Part shown: piece by piece, positions 1 to 13,954 of the stretch
Position numbering within the stretch: position 1 is the stretch's first letter
Layout: each line of letters starts with the position of its first letter
Assembly (NCBI GenBank): GCA_951406725.2
Contig: OX597826.1
Location: 49,290,001 to 49,354,000 of the forward strand
DNA: 64,000 nucleotides
Direction: 5' to 3'
Origin: Octopus vulgaris
Taxonomy: Eukaryota
Program-made: the position numbers and the translations under genes
The notes under the pieces: generated by a model
Told to the model about the DNA's origin: nothing
Databases searched by the model: none
The model's input: the letters and a program-made list of their open reading frames with translations, nothing else

Positions 1-46
1 GATCCATTCATTGTATTGAGCCTTCATAAATAGGAACAAAGTGAAG

Positions 47-829
47 GGGTGGGGTGGGTGGCGATGATGGCAACGGGAGCGATCGTCGTCGTTATCATCA
101 TCATCTTCATCATCATCGTCGGCATCATCATCACCACGGTAGTGGCGTTAATGATGATTATAATAATGCATGTAGTGGTGATAGTGGTGGAGGCAGCAAC
201 AGCAGCGGTAGTAGTAGCGGCAGCAGCAGCGATGGTGGTGAGAATATAGTAATGATGATGATGACAATGGTGGTAGGGTGTTTGAAGTGATGATGAGGAT
301 AATGATACTGGTGTTGTATTGGCAGTGGTAATCACTGATAATGGTGATGATGGTGACTAAGAAAAGGTGGATAGTAGTAGGGTGGCTGAAGTGGCTGTGA
401 GGATAATGGTAATGGGTGGGGTGTTAGCAGCGATAATGAATGGTGGTGGTGGTAGTGATGATGAGGATGTTGATGATGATGATGATGACAGTCGTGGTGG
501 TGGTGGTGGTGGTGGTGATGGTAGTGGTAACCGAGCCAATGAAATTACGTAACAATGAACTGGTATTGAATAGAAACGGGTAGAAAATAAAATACCTGCT
601 AGTCTACCCCGACCTCACTCCCTTCCCACCCCCGCCACTCTTTAGTCCTTCGACAATAAACGGAGAAAATATAAGGAACCAAACAAATAATAGAACCATG
701 AGTAGTAGTAGTAGTGGTAGTAGTAGTGGTGGTGGTGGTGGTGGCTGTTATTGCGGGGGTGGAAGTGATGGTAATATTAATTGTGGTTCTGGACCTTTAG
801 TGTTGTCGGTGGCGGTATGCTAGCAGAAT

Positions 830-893
<64 letters not shown>

Positions 894-905
894 GGTGGGA
901 GGAGG
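47..905. repeat. Cryptic compound trinucleotide repeats (GGT, GAT, CAT, GCA, GTA)
   Basis: Direct reading; similar tracts at 8440-8910, 10370-11260, 16860-17500, 25520-25800. Confidence 0.9.
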
Positions 906-1282
906 AATAGCTGTATTAACGGCAACAGTTACCGTCGTTGTTGCTTTATCTGCAAGTCAACTCCCAGCAAGAAGACCTATAATGATCATAGGCATTCCAG
1001 CCATGACTTTACCGTGGGATTTTTTTTTTAAAGTTCTTTTTATTATATCTACGACTTATATTAACTATTATGCGTCTTCGGGTTTTTTTCTTCTTTCGGT
1101 GGGCGGATGTTAGAAAGCAGGGAGAAATTTGAGTGAGATGTTGTTGCCACTTTTAGCAGGTCGCGCATCAATCGTTCGTAGTAACAACCAAGCTAATGGT
1201 AATGAAGATGTGCATCTTCTCTATCTTGTTCATGAGGATGATGACGATGATGATGATGATGATGACGACGATGATGATGATA

Positions 1283-1313
<31 letters not shown>

Positions 1314-1537
1314 CTTAGATTCACAGATCAGGACACGTACTTTTGTAAGTGGTAGATAGAATTAGTTGTGTGATTAAAAAAAAAAATTCACTTCGCAGTC
1401 ATGCAGTTCCGAGTTCAATCATCCGCGAGGTACTGTGAGGAAGTGTCTTTTTCTCATTGCCACGTATAGATCGAAGTCCAAATAAATGCGTACTCTTCTT
1501 GAGAAGATCAATACCCGATAGAAAGCTTGCACTGTTT

Positions 1538-1759
1538 TGCGAAGGGAAACTGAAAAATCCCTGGCTTTGGGTAAAAGAAAGTACAGGAGGATCAGTTAAT
1601 AGTGATTTTATTTAACATATTCCCCTCTCAGATTCACACACTTGTTGCTGTGACCCTTTAGTTTTTCTAAGTCCTGTAAAAGAACTCAGAAGGTTGGGCC
1701 TCCAATCAGGCCTTTTGCGACACCCTCAAAGCCAGGAACTTTTCAGCCCCGCCCTCGTA
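1538..1759 (-). mobile_element. Internally deleted mariner element (MITE) retaining the transposase C-terminus
   Basis: Imperfect ~31-bp TIRs (tgcgaagggaaactgaaaaatccctggcttt / aaagccaggaacttttcagccccgccctcgta); minus strand encodes LEKLKGHSNKCVNLRGEYVK*, resembling the mariner C-terminal motif (KL..RW.KC....G.YVE). Confidence 0.8.
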
Positions 1760-2239
1760 GATGGTAAACGTTTCTATATCATCAATTTCAATCCAATCCG
1801 TTCGGGCTCCGATAATGAACCATGCTAGCGTTATATATTTTATTGAATATCTAATTGCGCTGAGGCAGGGTCGAACTGGATATTGGCATGGACAGTATTT
1901 GATATCCTTGAATATCTTTGTGAATGCTGCCCCGGAATCCCTTCTTTTGGTCTATATAAGTTATAGGATAGTAGATTTAATCTGTTTCTAAAGTTAACTA
2001 CCTATTAGTTAAGAGCTCTTAGTTACAAGCAGTGGGGCCAGGTTTCAGGGTTATATCTAAGGATGACTTCCTCCTTCATTCCCTTCCTTCCACTTGTTTT
2101 TGTGGTTCTTAAAAGGGGTCACGGGCGATGTTCTTTCCCTGACTCTCTCTTGCATTATGTCATCTGTGACTCCGGTTCTTATCTGGTTAAGCATTCAGAT
2201 TAATCTGTCTGATATATTGTTTATTGATTCACATTAAAT

Positions 2240-2482
2240 GCTCCCTTTTAAAGCCTAGCCAGGCTCATGGGCCCGGTTTCCCGGTTTCAATGTTCCCCAG
2301 CTGGACGGGACGCCAGTCCATCGCAGCGTTACTCATTTTTGCCTGCTGAGTGGACTGGAGCAACGTGAAGTGAAGTGAAGTGTTTTGCTCAGGAACACAA
2401 CGCGTCGCCCGGTCCAGGAATCGAAACCACAATCGTACGATCATGGTGCTGACACCCTAACCACTAAGTCACGCGCCTCCAC
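2240..2482 (-). mobile_element. tRNA-derived SINE, family D head
   Basis: Minus strand A box (tgacttagtgg) and B box (ggtttcgattcc), central tgtgttcctgagcaaaacactt...ttgctccagtccactcagc shared with 18574-18871 and 51660-51860. Confidence 0.8.
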
Positions 2483-2494
2483 ATTGGATCATAT

Positions 2495-2664
2495 TATTTT
2501 GAATTTATCACGTATTATCTTGTAGCTTTGAGATATTGATGATGTGATTGTTTATTTTAGGAATAACATTGTAGAGCAGGTGTGACAGGTCAGATTTGGC
2601 TAGTTTGAACAGAAAATAGGTATAGTCTTTGGGCTGGGCATGACCGGTTTATATTCTAAAGGGA
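2495..2664. mobile_element. Degraded piggyBac-like non-autonomous element fragment
   Basis: Ends in ...ccggtttatattctaaaggg, resembling a CCCTTTAG-type terminus; the other end is not found. Confidence 0.35.
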
Positions 2665-3123
2665 TGAAGACATTTGTCTGTCTGTCTGTCTGTTGAGAAA
2701 GCGAAGGATTGATAATCGGGTAGACGCAGACGGAGAGGCAGTGAGTGAGAGAGATTACGTAAAATATATTTAAAAAAAAAAACAGTCTTAAAAGTTTGGT
2801 AATGGAGTTCTGTCTTTTCCTCTTCCTCCTATTTTTTTTTTTTTTATGTCTATGGATTTCCAGTTGAAGAATCCATATTTTCTAGTCACGTGATTAACTC
2901 TTACTACCAAAGGTCGTTAACAGCTAAATAAATAAATAAATGAATAAATCTAAACTATTGGCTCTGATATTTAGCTGATTGATTATAGTGACATCTACTG
3001 GACAAATTTCAAAATGTCGGCGATTTTTCCATTTTTTCCCCCCTTTACTATTATTATTATTTTCTTTTTGCTTTCATGTTCATCGACTTCAAATATTTAC
3101 ATAATTATTACATTCGTAATAAT

Positions 3124-3173
<50 letters not shown>

Positions 3174-3873
3174 CAACAACAACAACTTAAATGAAGTGAG
3201 AATTTAAAGAATTTTTACCAATATCTTCTCATTTAATCTCTTTTCTCTCTGTCTGTGTGTCAGTCTGTCTCTTCCTCTCTCTCTATTTCTGCCCCTTTCT
3301 CTTTTCTTCTCTCTCTCTCTATTTCTCTTTGGTGTTGTTTTTAGTTGTTGTTTAACCACAGGTCAAACCTGATCAAATAGAGTCATAACGATTCAAAAGT
3401 GTTCTTCCTACACTTCATAAGTCCATCTTTTAAACATAGTTTATCAAGGACTACATTAACTTATGTGTCCCTCCAAGACTAAACCCATCTCTCGACTCAA
3501 CTCTATCCAACCACCTGCCCTTTGGGTACCTTTGATAGACTCTGCTGTGTTTCAAGCATTTGTGTAACTTCTCCACTCTGAAGATAATACAATATATTGA
3601 TTTGGTTGTACCGCCCACCCACCCCCACCACCACTCTCGGAAGCTTTCCCTGTAGAGCTCAGGGATGCTGGCTTTCCCTCTCTGACTAAATCATAATAAA
3701 AAGACGGCGAGATTTCTGATCGATGAGAGATTTGGCTGCTATTTCTAACCAGTCGGATTTGCAGTTAACGGAGGAGACAGCGATTTAAAAAGTGGATATA
3801 AAAATGATTGGAAAGTGTCTTTATTTACTTTTATATCTATCTGTCAACTTGTCACCCTACCTATATTTATTGC

Positions 3874-3952
<79 letters not shown>

Positions 3953-4086
3953 GCATGTCTATGATTTTGTCTATTTATCTATCCACCTCTGTTTATACCT
4001 ATATACTCTGCCTCTTTGTCCGTGTGTCTGTCTGTTTCTCTCTTTCTCTCTCTCTACCCATCCATCCATCCATTCATTTGTCTCTG

Positions 4087-4159
<73 letters not shown>

Positions 4160-4813
4160 TCAAAATGTGACCGCGTGTGTACCGTTGGCGATTTTTTTCC
4201 TCTGTCTTCCCTTCTCTGGATCTTTCCTTCTCCTATGTTTCCAACGAAGAGCTCCGCTCGAAACGTTAAACCCTCCTTCTTCCCTTCCTTCCTGAGCGTC
4301 CAATAATACTATATTTGTTCCACGTCCTCGCGTTGTTGTGTTTTCTCTTTGTGTTTTCATGTTTTGGATTAACTTTATCTATCTATCTATCTATCTATCT
4401 ATCTTCAAAATTTCGATTAGTCATTCCGTTACCTTATATCTATGTCTGCACCTCATGGCCGCGGATTCCACCCGCAACACCCTCTACACTCTTGTATACA
4501 CCCGACATCACTATCAGCACCATCACCATCACCATCACTACCACTGACAACATCAACAACAACAACTTTAAAATAAGCCATCATCTTTTCTTTTATTCTT
4601 TATCTTCTCCTTGTTTTTGTTGTTGGTTCTTAGCCCTGCTCCTCCCCGAAGGAATTTTTGCATATTATCTCAAGGATGGTTACACAAACAAAGACAAACT
4701 TCAGCAGATGGCGAGTGTGTGTGTGTGTGTACGTGTGTACAGGTGTATGTGTGTGTGTGTGTGTGTGTTTGTGTCTGTGTGCTCTTGTTCGTAGGTGTAT
4801 GCCTGTATGCATA

Positions 4814-4881
<68 letters not shown>

Positions 4882-4944
4882 AAACAAGCCAAAAAATGCC
4901 ACGCATGACTTTCTGGAGAGCTGGAAGCATACATATGTACATAC

Positions 4945-4988
<44 letters not shown>

Positions 4989-5195
4989 ATGTATGTACGT
5001 ACGCACATACACACGCGCGCGCGCATACACCTCATGCTGCTTGACATAGTGCAGTTCTTCAGAAGTAGGACTTGATCTACCCAGCTTCTCCTATTTGCAT
5101 TGTCTTTCATCTGTGAGATGGTTTTTCTTGGGCTACAGAAAATACTTGGCATTTCTTTTGTTTTCTTTCGCCTTTCTTTCCTTTTCACTATTAAC

Positions 5196-5235
<40 letters not shown>

Positions 5236-5807
5236 TTTTTTTTTGTTTGTGTTTGTTCGTTGGGTTTGTTTTTATTTTCGGAGTTTGTCTTTATTATTAT
5301 TTTTTTTTATTACTTGCTTTTTTTTTATCTCCTTTTGCTGTTTGTTGTTTGTTTTAGGGTTGTGGTTGTAGTGGTGGTGGTGGTGGTGGTGGTGGCGGCA
5401 TGGTTTACATAATTTCTCATTGCAACAACATTGCTACGTACATACATACATACACACATACACACAATTTACATATATATATACACGTATTTATAATTAC
5501 ATCTACGTAATTATACACATCAGTATAATTATATACATGTATCTTTCTATCTATCAATCTATCCGTATGTATGCATGCATGTATGTATGTATGTATGTAT
5601 GTATGTATGTATGTATGTATGTATGTATGTATGCATACATTTACGTATATGCGTATACAGGCACACACACGGACACACACACACACACACGTCTATTTGC
5701 GTATGGTAGTGCCATTCTTCTGTGTCTATATATGTGAGTAACGTGCATATGTATAAATTAGATGAATGCACGTCGTGTGTGTAATTAATATATATTTATA
5801 TTATGTA

Positions 5808-5855
<48 letters not shown>

Positions 5856-5961
5856 GAGAGTAAGAAGCAACTCACTCTTACGAAGACTGTCATCCTGCGT
5901 TTATGTACATAAGGAGATGTATGGAATTGTATATATCCGAGATACAGAAAAAGAGAGAGAT

Positions 5962-5992
<31 letters not shown>

Positions 5993-6109
5993 GAGACAAA
6001 CAGACAGACAGAGAGTGCGTGCATACGTTATTGCAGGCACACATGTGCATCGAATGGTGATGGTGATGCTATCATGATACAAATCTCTGGAAGTTGTCTG
6101 TTGACGAGC

Positions 6110-6800
6110 CTGCAACTGTGTTAAGTTCGTCGCCCTAATCTGCTTTGCATGGATCCCGTCCCCGTCAAGGCTGTTTGAACATCATTATAGGAACCCCAGA
6201 CGCATCAATGCATTGGACCCTAAAGTTTTTATTTATTGACAGCATGCGACAGTATACATAGATCAGAACGGAGCCCCTAGACCTGTGGGACGCCTGGGTA
6301 ACGTCCCGGTGTCCCCGTGCCTTGTAACGACAGGTCCTCGCCTTGTTTAGTGCGCTGCTGAATAAAGGGAGGGATAGATTGTTTATGGAGTCGAGCTCCC
6401 TTCTCTCTTGTCGTCTTAACCAGTACTCATTTATGCTAATTTGGTGGAAGCGGGTTACTACAGGGGATCCAGCATTCAAAATATCTGTCGGCCTAACCAA
6501 CAAGGCAGATCTGCGTTCGCGTCCTTAAATACCTCTTTTCACTCACCCGACCCTTCACGGCTCCATCTAAAATACACACCTTGAAAACAACGCCGCAGTC
6601 TTAAACAAAAATGTCAGTTTAGCAACAACAGTGGCCCCATGAAAGACGTTAATCTTCCATCGTCGTCCCTGTCGCCGTCACAGTTACAGTAATTATCTGT
6701 TTCTGTTGGTACTGCACCATGTCTTCACAGATGGTCTGCGACGGTTGCTGAAAGCAGACTTTCTCTTCGAGACATCAAAGAGATTTCGCCAGATTTGTCT
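6110..6800 (+). mobile_element. Possible degraded LTR retrotransposon remnant (LTR plus gag start)
   Basis: GC-richer unique block with AATAAA (6361), ...ggttactaca LTR-like end (6460) and WSATVAESRLSLRDIKE (from 6732), weakly like the Gypsy gag N-terminal W..(Q/V)AE..F.LR.I motif. Confidence 0.25.
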
Positions 6801-7242
6801 ATCAGTTCCAGCTCTTTCGTGGTGAATTGCACTTTAACTCGGTTACTGTTCCTCCTTAACAATTAACCCGCCACCTCTCTCAAAAAAGTTTAGTAGAGAT
6901 CTATCCATCTATTCATCTACCTGTATCACTTCCTCCACACACATACAAAGATGCATATGTGTGTGTGTGGGAGAGTGTGTATTGGTGATAGGCGATAGTG
7001 TGTACGTTGTGAATCTAGTAGTGCAAATAGAAATGGAACATAGAAAAGATTAACGAAAAAGAACAAAGGACTAATAAACATGGAGATCCTCTCATCAGCC
7101 ATGCAGACAAGAACGAGTATAATTTTGGCACGTTTAAAGTCCAAGGACTTTAAAGTCTTTTCCATTAAACGATTCTATGTTCCAATATTCCATTTCAAAT
7201 TTCACCACTACATATGTATGTGTGTGTGTGTGTGTGTGTGTG

Positions 7243-7316
<74 letters not shown>

Positions 7317-7671
7317 TCGTTTTCCATCCGATGCCTTTCCTGTCAACAGCCCTTTTAGTCCCTCCTTATAATACTCGAGAACAGAACATACCTCTTCTAA
7401 CATTGATGTACATGCGACCACTGACACATGCACACATTTTAGCCCTACTTTAAGTGTATCGAGCACTCCGTGTCCATTACCGAGCGACACACCGAGAAAA
7501 GTAACGTGATGTGTCTTCGTAAGTATGCATGATTGCTGGTGTGTTTCATTTAGGCATGGACGTGAATTCATGTTTAGTGCAATAATATATACACAGACAC
7601 ATACATACATATTCATAATACCGTGTGCTTTGTATCTTATACAAATTGTAACAACTATATATATATATATA

Positions 7672-7870
7672 TAGGGAGAATTCACAAAAAAGACAAAAAC
7701 AAAAGACGAAGACAGGTGCTGTAGACAACAAACAGATGTATTAGTTTAACGTTCGGGAAGTGAAAAAGTCTTTAATGTTTCGAGCCTACGCTCTTCCACA
7801 GAAAAGAACACAGAAAGAAACAAGGAGAGAAAATAAAGAATGTGTAGTGGCTAGCGATCTATCATGGCGT
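7672..7870 (-). mobile_element. Penelope-type short retroelement fragment with degenerate hammerhead core
   Basis: Minus strand ttttCTGTGGA-A-GAGC-gtag-GCTC-GAAA-CATT-aaag at 7769-7805; same layout as 43870-44060; 7672-7740 recurs inverted at ~44120-44182; embedded in (TA)n. Confidence 0.55.
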
Positions 7871-7877
7871 GTGTGTG

Positions 7878-7953
<76 letters not shown>

Positions 7954-8193
7954 AGAAAAAAATCTATCAGAAAGGAACTCTATCTCTCTTAAAAAAATAT
8001 CTTTTGATAAGCATAACAAATGCGCAACCGGTAAAAGAACTTTCACCTAATTAAATACCTCCCTTACTTAAATTATTTTGTCAGTATTTCCTTTATATAT
8101 ATATATATATATATATATATTTACACCACTTATAAAATGCACTACTTATAATACAGTATACATTATTATACAATACGTACAACTATACATATA

Positions 8194-8254
<61 letters not shown>

Positions 8255-8454
8255 GTATGTGTGTTCATGTGTGACGACTACAAAGAGCATTATTTTGATG
8301 GGAGTGAGAGTAATAAAATTCAGCGCAATTTTTTAAAAAAAACTTGCATATTTCCTTTTTATTTATTTCTTTTTTTTATTTAAAGAACAAAATTACATTG
8401 TTGTATTCTGGATGCATGGCCCGTCATTGTTACCGCGGCGGTGGTGGTGGTGGT

Positions 8455-8735
8455 AGTGCAGTGCTGCTGCTGATGGTGATGTAGTGGCAAAGGTAGGAGT
8501 GTCGTTACTACAGTGGTGGTGATGATGGCTATGGCGGGTGGGTGGGTGGGTGGGGATGGGATATTGCCTTTATGTAATTGTGGTAGTGGTGGTGGTGGTG
8601 ATGGTGGTGGTGCAGTGGTGCTGCTGGTGGTGATGTAGTGGCAAAGGTAGGAGTGTCGTTACTACAGTGGTGGTGGTGATGGCTATGGTGGGTGGAGGTG
8701 GGGATGGGATATTGCCTTTATGTAATTGTGGTGGT
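8455..8735. repeat. Tandem duplication, two ~154-bp units
   Basis: gtagtggcaaaggtaggagtgtcgttactacagtgg...gggatattgcctttatgtaattgtgg occurs at 8481 and 8635. Confidence 0.9.
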
Positions 8736-9249
8736 GGTGGTGGTGTTGGTGGTGGTGGTAGTGGTGGTGGTGAGAGTTGCCATTGTTATAGTTTGTATGG
8801 CCGGTGGAAGTAGCGAATATACAAGAATGATAGTGATTATAGTATGTCGTCATAGTGGTGGTGGTGGTGGTGGTGGTAGTGGCGGTAGTGGGAGTGGTAT
8901 TTGTTAGTGTGGTAGCGGCTGTAGTGCCCATTCCCCCGCTACCCGCCTTCAACATGTAGCAAGTATTCGTGTAGTGATGATTACACGCTCAATGGGTGGG
9001 GGTAGGATGGGGATGCGTGTAACTAACCTGTAGCATGTTCTCTCGGCAAGCTAGTGATGTGTGGGTTCGATTCCTGCCGGTGGTGACGTAGTTTCTTTCA
9101 TTCGATTTCTAAATTGTGACGGCCAGTGGCAGCATTGTTAAAGTACCGAACTAAATCAAACACCCTGTGGTGTTTAATTTCGTTTCCTTGTATTATATAG
9201 CCCTCCCACACACACATTTACACATATATATATATATGTATATACATAC

Positions 9250-9281
<32 letters not shown>

Positions 9282-9586
9282 ATATATATATATATGAATA
9301 TATATGTGTGTATATATATATGCATATATATATATGTGTATATATATATATATATTATATTTGTTTGTGTATGTATGTGTGTGTATATATATATATATAT
9401 ATATTATTATTATTATTATCATTATTATTATTATTCAAAATTTGTAGGCCGTCCGAAAGGTAGAGATCACTGTCGATTTCTTCCTTGTGAAAGTACATAT
9501 GTACTCTATTGAGTATTCTTTCAGCTTAATGTTAAATTGTCTTTTTATATAAATAACTTCAGAAAACAGACATTGCTACCCACACA

Positions 9587-9655
<69 letters not shown>

Positions 9656-9686
9656 GTATGTATGTATGTATATATATATGTGTATA

Positions 9687-9793
9687 TTGCTTACCAGCCA
9701 CATGGTTCCGGGTTCATTCCCACTGCTATGCCCTCGGGCCAACCAAAGCATTGTGAGTTGATTTGGTTGAAAGAAACTGAAAGAAGCCTGTCG

Positions 9794-9836
<43 letters not shown>

Positions 9837-10106
9837 ATGTCTGTATGTCTGTATGTATCTATGTATGTATGTATGTGTGTGTATATGTTTGTGTGTGTCT
9901 GTGCTTGTCCCCCCAACATCGCTTGACAACCGATGGTGGTGTGTTTACGTCCCCGTAACTTAGCGGTTCGGCAAAAGTGACCGATAGAATAAGTACTAGG
10001 CTTACGAAGAATAAGCTCTAGGGTTGATTTGTTCGACTAAAGGCGGTGCTCCAGTATGGCCGCAGTCAAATGACTGAGACAAGTAAAAGAGAGTAAAAAA
10101 GAGAGT
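9687..10106 (+). mobile_element. Family A SINE (tRNA head, CORE-like middle, internal microsatellite), 5'-truncated
   Basis: Collinear with the full copy at 31946-32350 from ttgcttaccagccacatggttccgggttca to gaaacaagtaaaagag-type tail. Confidence 0.9.
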
Positions 10107-10121
10107 ATATACATACATACA

Positions 10122-10154
<33 letters not shown>

Positions 10155-10248
10155 GTTCTGTATGACCCATGCTAGCATAAAAAAGCGGACGTTAAAACGA
10201 TGATTTTTTTTAATGTTTAACGAAGGCGAGCAAGCCGGAACTTCGAAG

Positions 10249-10279
<31 letters not shown>

Positions 10280-11747
10280 CCGTGTGTGTGTGTGTTATTG
10301 AGGATAGCTCCTCCCCAGTTCAACTTTGGCCGTGTGCCAATGTCAAAAGCCATCATTCATAGTGACCGGTGGTGGTCGTGGTGGCTGTGATGGTTGCGGT
10401 GGTTTCTAAGGACAGTAACGGTGGCGGCAGCTGTGGTGGTGGTGGTGGTGGTGGTGGCGGCAGTAGTGTAGTTAGCAGTGCTGTTTTCAGTGGTAATAAG
10501 TTACACTTGAAAGTGCATTTTATTTATTTATTTATTTGTACTATTAGCTAACGACTGCTGCTGTTGTTATTGTTGTTGTTGCTATTAATAACGATGATGA
10601 TGATGATGATGATGATGATGGTTGTTATTGTCGTGGCGGTGGTGTAGTTAACAGACACTTCATAAGTAGCATGACACGGAAGAGGAAGGAGAGAGAATGA
10701 GAGAGAGAGAGAGAGAGCACTTACATGGGTGTAGAGGGAGAGAATGAGGAGGAGGGGGAGGAGGAGGCTGTGAGGCTAGATAAAAAGAGGGACATAGAGA
10801 GAGAGAGTAAAGGAGGGGGAACAAAAAACTCGAAGGTGGTGGTGGTGGTGGTTGTGGTGGTTGGTGGTGGCTTTGGTGGTGCAGAGAAACTGTTTTGACT
10901 CCTCACACCGCTACTTCCACCTTTCACAATCGTCCACCACAACCACAACCACCACCACCACCACCTTCTCCGCTCCGCCACCGCCACCACCACCACCGCC
11001 ACCGCCACCATCACTGTTTATCTGTGATAATGAGTTTCCATTCCTTTGAAGCATTGTTCTGTGCAGTGGGGTTTGACATTGTGTCACCCACCCCCCACCC
11101 CCACCTCTGTTTTTTGCGCCACCTGACAGTTTCTGGGTGTTGCGATGTTGATGACGACGACGACGACGAAGGAGGCGGAGGCGGAGGCGGCTGTGACAGT
11201 GAGGGTTGTGGTGGCGGTGGTAGTGGTGGTGGTAGTGGTGGTGATGGTGGTGGTGCTGGCGTGATATCTAACAGACCCAACTGTCACACTACATTTAATT
11301 TCTAAACACACTATTCAGAAATGTCGACATACCTCTCTACTGTCTCACTAACGCATTGTAGTCACAACCAGTAACACAAACACTAACACACACACACACA
11401 CATACATACACACACACGCACACACACACACATACACACACACACGCACACACACACACATACACACATACACATATATATGGTGACACTGATAGGTCGG
11501 TACACACACACAGGTACACTTATGCACACTCCGACAGGTACACATATATACATATGTACTCACACACACATACACACACGCATAGGGATATATGTTTACA
11601 CACATAGATCCGCATGTACATACACATGTACACACACCAAGTCACATATACAAATACATAGATACACACATACGTAAGCAGTTTAACACTATCATATTTC
11701 ATTAAACACGGATCTACGTGTGAGCTTTCGTCTTCCAATTTTATACT

Positions 11748-11810
<63 letters not shown>

Positions 11811-11811
11811 A

Positions 11812-12006
11812 CAGCCGCGTGGTTAAGAAGTTCGTTTCACAATCCTGAGGCCTCTGGTTCGAACCTCACCACATGGCATCTCGAATAAATACTTCGTCCC
11901 CCAACGTTCAGTCGATCGATATCTTGTGAATGAAACCGAGGGCGCAGAGACTGTACGGAGGCCTAACGGTTTGATTTGTACCGGTAATTCAAACGGTACA
12001 TCTTTG

Positions 12007-12050
<44 letters not shown>

Positions 12051-12223
12051 TGTGCCACCCTGATTGTACCTGAGAAATATGTTAAGGGTATACGAGTCTA
12101 CAGAATACTCAGCCACTTATTGTGTAAATACTTCAAGGTTACTGTCTTAACCTTAGTTTATTGATAGTCTTTTGTGAATTGATTTGGTTGATGAAAACTG
12201 AAAGAAGCCTGTCATGTCTATAT

Positions 12224-12277
<54 letters not shown>

Positions 12278-12440
12278 TGGTTTGTTTACGTCCCTATAAT
12301 TTCGCGGTTCAACAAAACAGCGCCAGAATAAGTACAAAGTTATAAATGTAAGAATTGGGGCCCGATTTGTTCACCTAAACCCGTCAAGGTGGGGCTCCAG
12401 TATGTGCGAAGTTCAACGACAGATTCAAGTAAACGATACT
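11812..12440 (+). mobile_element. Diverged, interrupted family A SINE pieces with a family C tail fragment (~12060-12120)
   Basis: gcgtggttaagaagttcg...ggttcgaacctcacc head; gaaaactgaaagaagcctgtc and tttacgtccctataatttcgcggttc segments. Confidence 0.6.
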
Positions 12441-12868
12441 TAAAAAAATAAATAAAAGCTAGGATGGTTATTTCATTTAATTATAAACATAAATTTCTAA
12501 CTGACATGTAAGTTGTACAATTAATTAAATGAAACTAAAAATATTTGTTAAAATACAAATTTTATAGGGATCATTTTTAAAACAAAAAACCTGGATTCTT
12601 CAACTTTGGATATTTATGACTTAATATTTAAAACTAAATTCATTAAAATACATATTCATTATAGAGTTTATTAACTTTATAAAATCACATTTTTCTCAGT
12701 TTTCTGCAGAAGAAATGCCCGTTTTCCCTGGTAAAAAAAAATTCGTTACCCACGAATATCTACATTTTGAAATACGGAACTTTTATATTTTTGTCTCTAT
12801 CTTTCTTTTTTCATAATTTCATAAAGAAAGAAAAACAAAAACTTTAGAACAATTTTTACAGCTACACG

Positions 12869-13101
12869 TTTCTTATCGATTTCAAGTTCCAAATTTTGGC
12901 TCAAAGCCTGCAGTTTTGCAGGAGGCTGGGGTAATAAATCGATTAGTTCGACTCCAGTGCTCAACTGCTACTTACTTTTATCGTTTTCCGAAAGGATGAA
13001 AAGCAAAGTCGAACTCGAAGGAATTCGAACACAGAACGCGATCGAAATGCCGCTAAGCATTTCGCCCGGCGTGCTAACGTTTCTGCCAGTTCGCCGCCTT
13101 G
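12869..13101 (-). mobile_element. Family B SINE, full length with 11-bp TSD
   Basis: Minus strand ggcggcgaactggcagaaacgttagcacgccgggcg...gactttgcttttcatcctttcgg; direct repeat ACAGCTACACG at 12858-12868 and 13102-13112. Confidence 0.9.
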
Positions 13102-13954
13102 ACAGCTACACGAATATAACACTTACCTCATACTTGACTTTCATCTTCTATGCTGGTCCCTTTACTTCAGTATCTTAAAATCCGTAGGACGCAACCCGAC
13201 TTAGGGCCACTTCTAGTGGTTCTTCATAGTTATACTTCTGTCAATAGTCACACACCAGATATGATAATATTGTATACCACCTACAATATTCCCAAAATGA
13301 TGACTAAATTGATGGCTTCTACTATTGTTTGACAAGAAAGACTTGGTGAAACTTTAAATTCGCTGTCGTCCTTAAAAGAAAAAAAAATAATAAATATTTG
13401 ACTCTACTACACCTATTCAGTTTTTTATTTAATTCAATTAATACTGTACTTCTTGTGTATTGATAAAAAGAAACACACACACACGCACACACATACACAT
13501 GTATATAAGAAGATTTGTCACTCGAGAAATAGGTAGGTAAGTCATAGATTCAAAAGTATACTGTAGGTAACAACTCACGCCCTTCAGCAAGACTTTTCAA
13601 CGCCAGTGAATCATTAAGCGTGTTTGGTTGTTGTTGCTGTTTCTTCTTCTTCTTCTTCTTCTTCTTTCAATCAGGAATCACGCCATTAGCCACAAAGAAT
13701 AATCTCTAATTCAAACCTACTCTAAGCTACTAAGAATGCTTGTGGCAACTTGAAGATCCACCCACCACACGCGATAGACTGGCAGTTGCACGGGCGCGAA
13801 AGCTACGTTGTTGTCCTCATTCCGTAAACGGTGGCTTCTTTTAACGGGTGGAGAGCTGAACCATCCTGGGGTACAGAGGATTCACAATCTAGACTAGGGT
13901 CTGAAAGTTTACCACACCATAGTGTATTACACCATGGTTCCTCTGCTTTGTGGC

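Noticed and set aside
1790-2200. Complex unique block as exon or LINE coding remnant
   Set aside because: Stops in the frames I checked, no recognisable motif or splice-site pair.
6825-6848. miR-92-like AATTGCACTT
   Set aside because: No complementary arm upstream.
7443-7530. Possible upstream non-coding exon ending at TTC|GTAAGT (7519)
   Set aside because: Weak acceptor, poor exonic donor bases, and the region starts with an RTE-tail-like relic.
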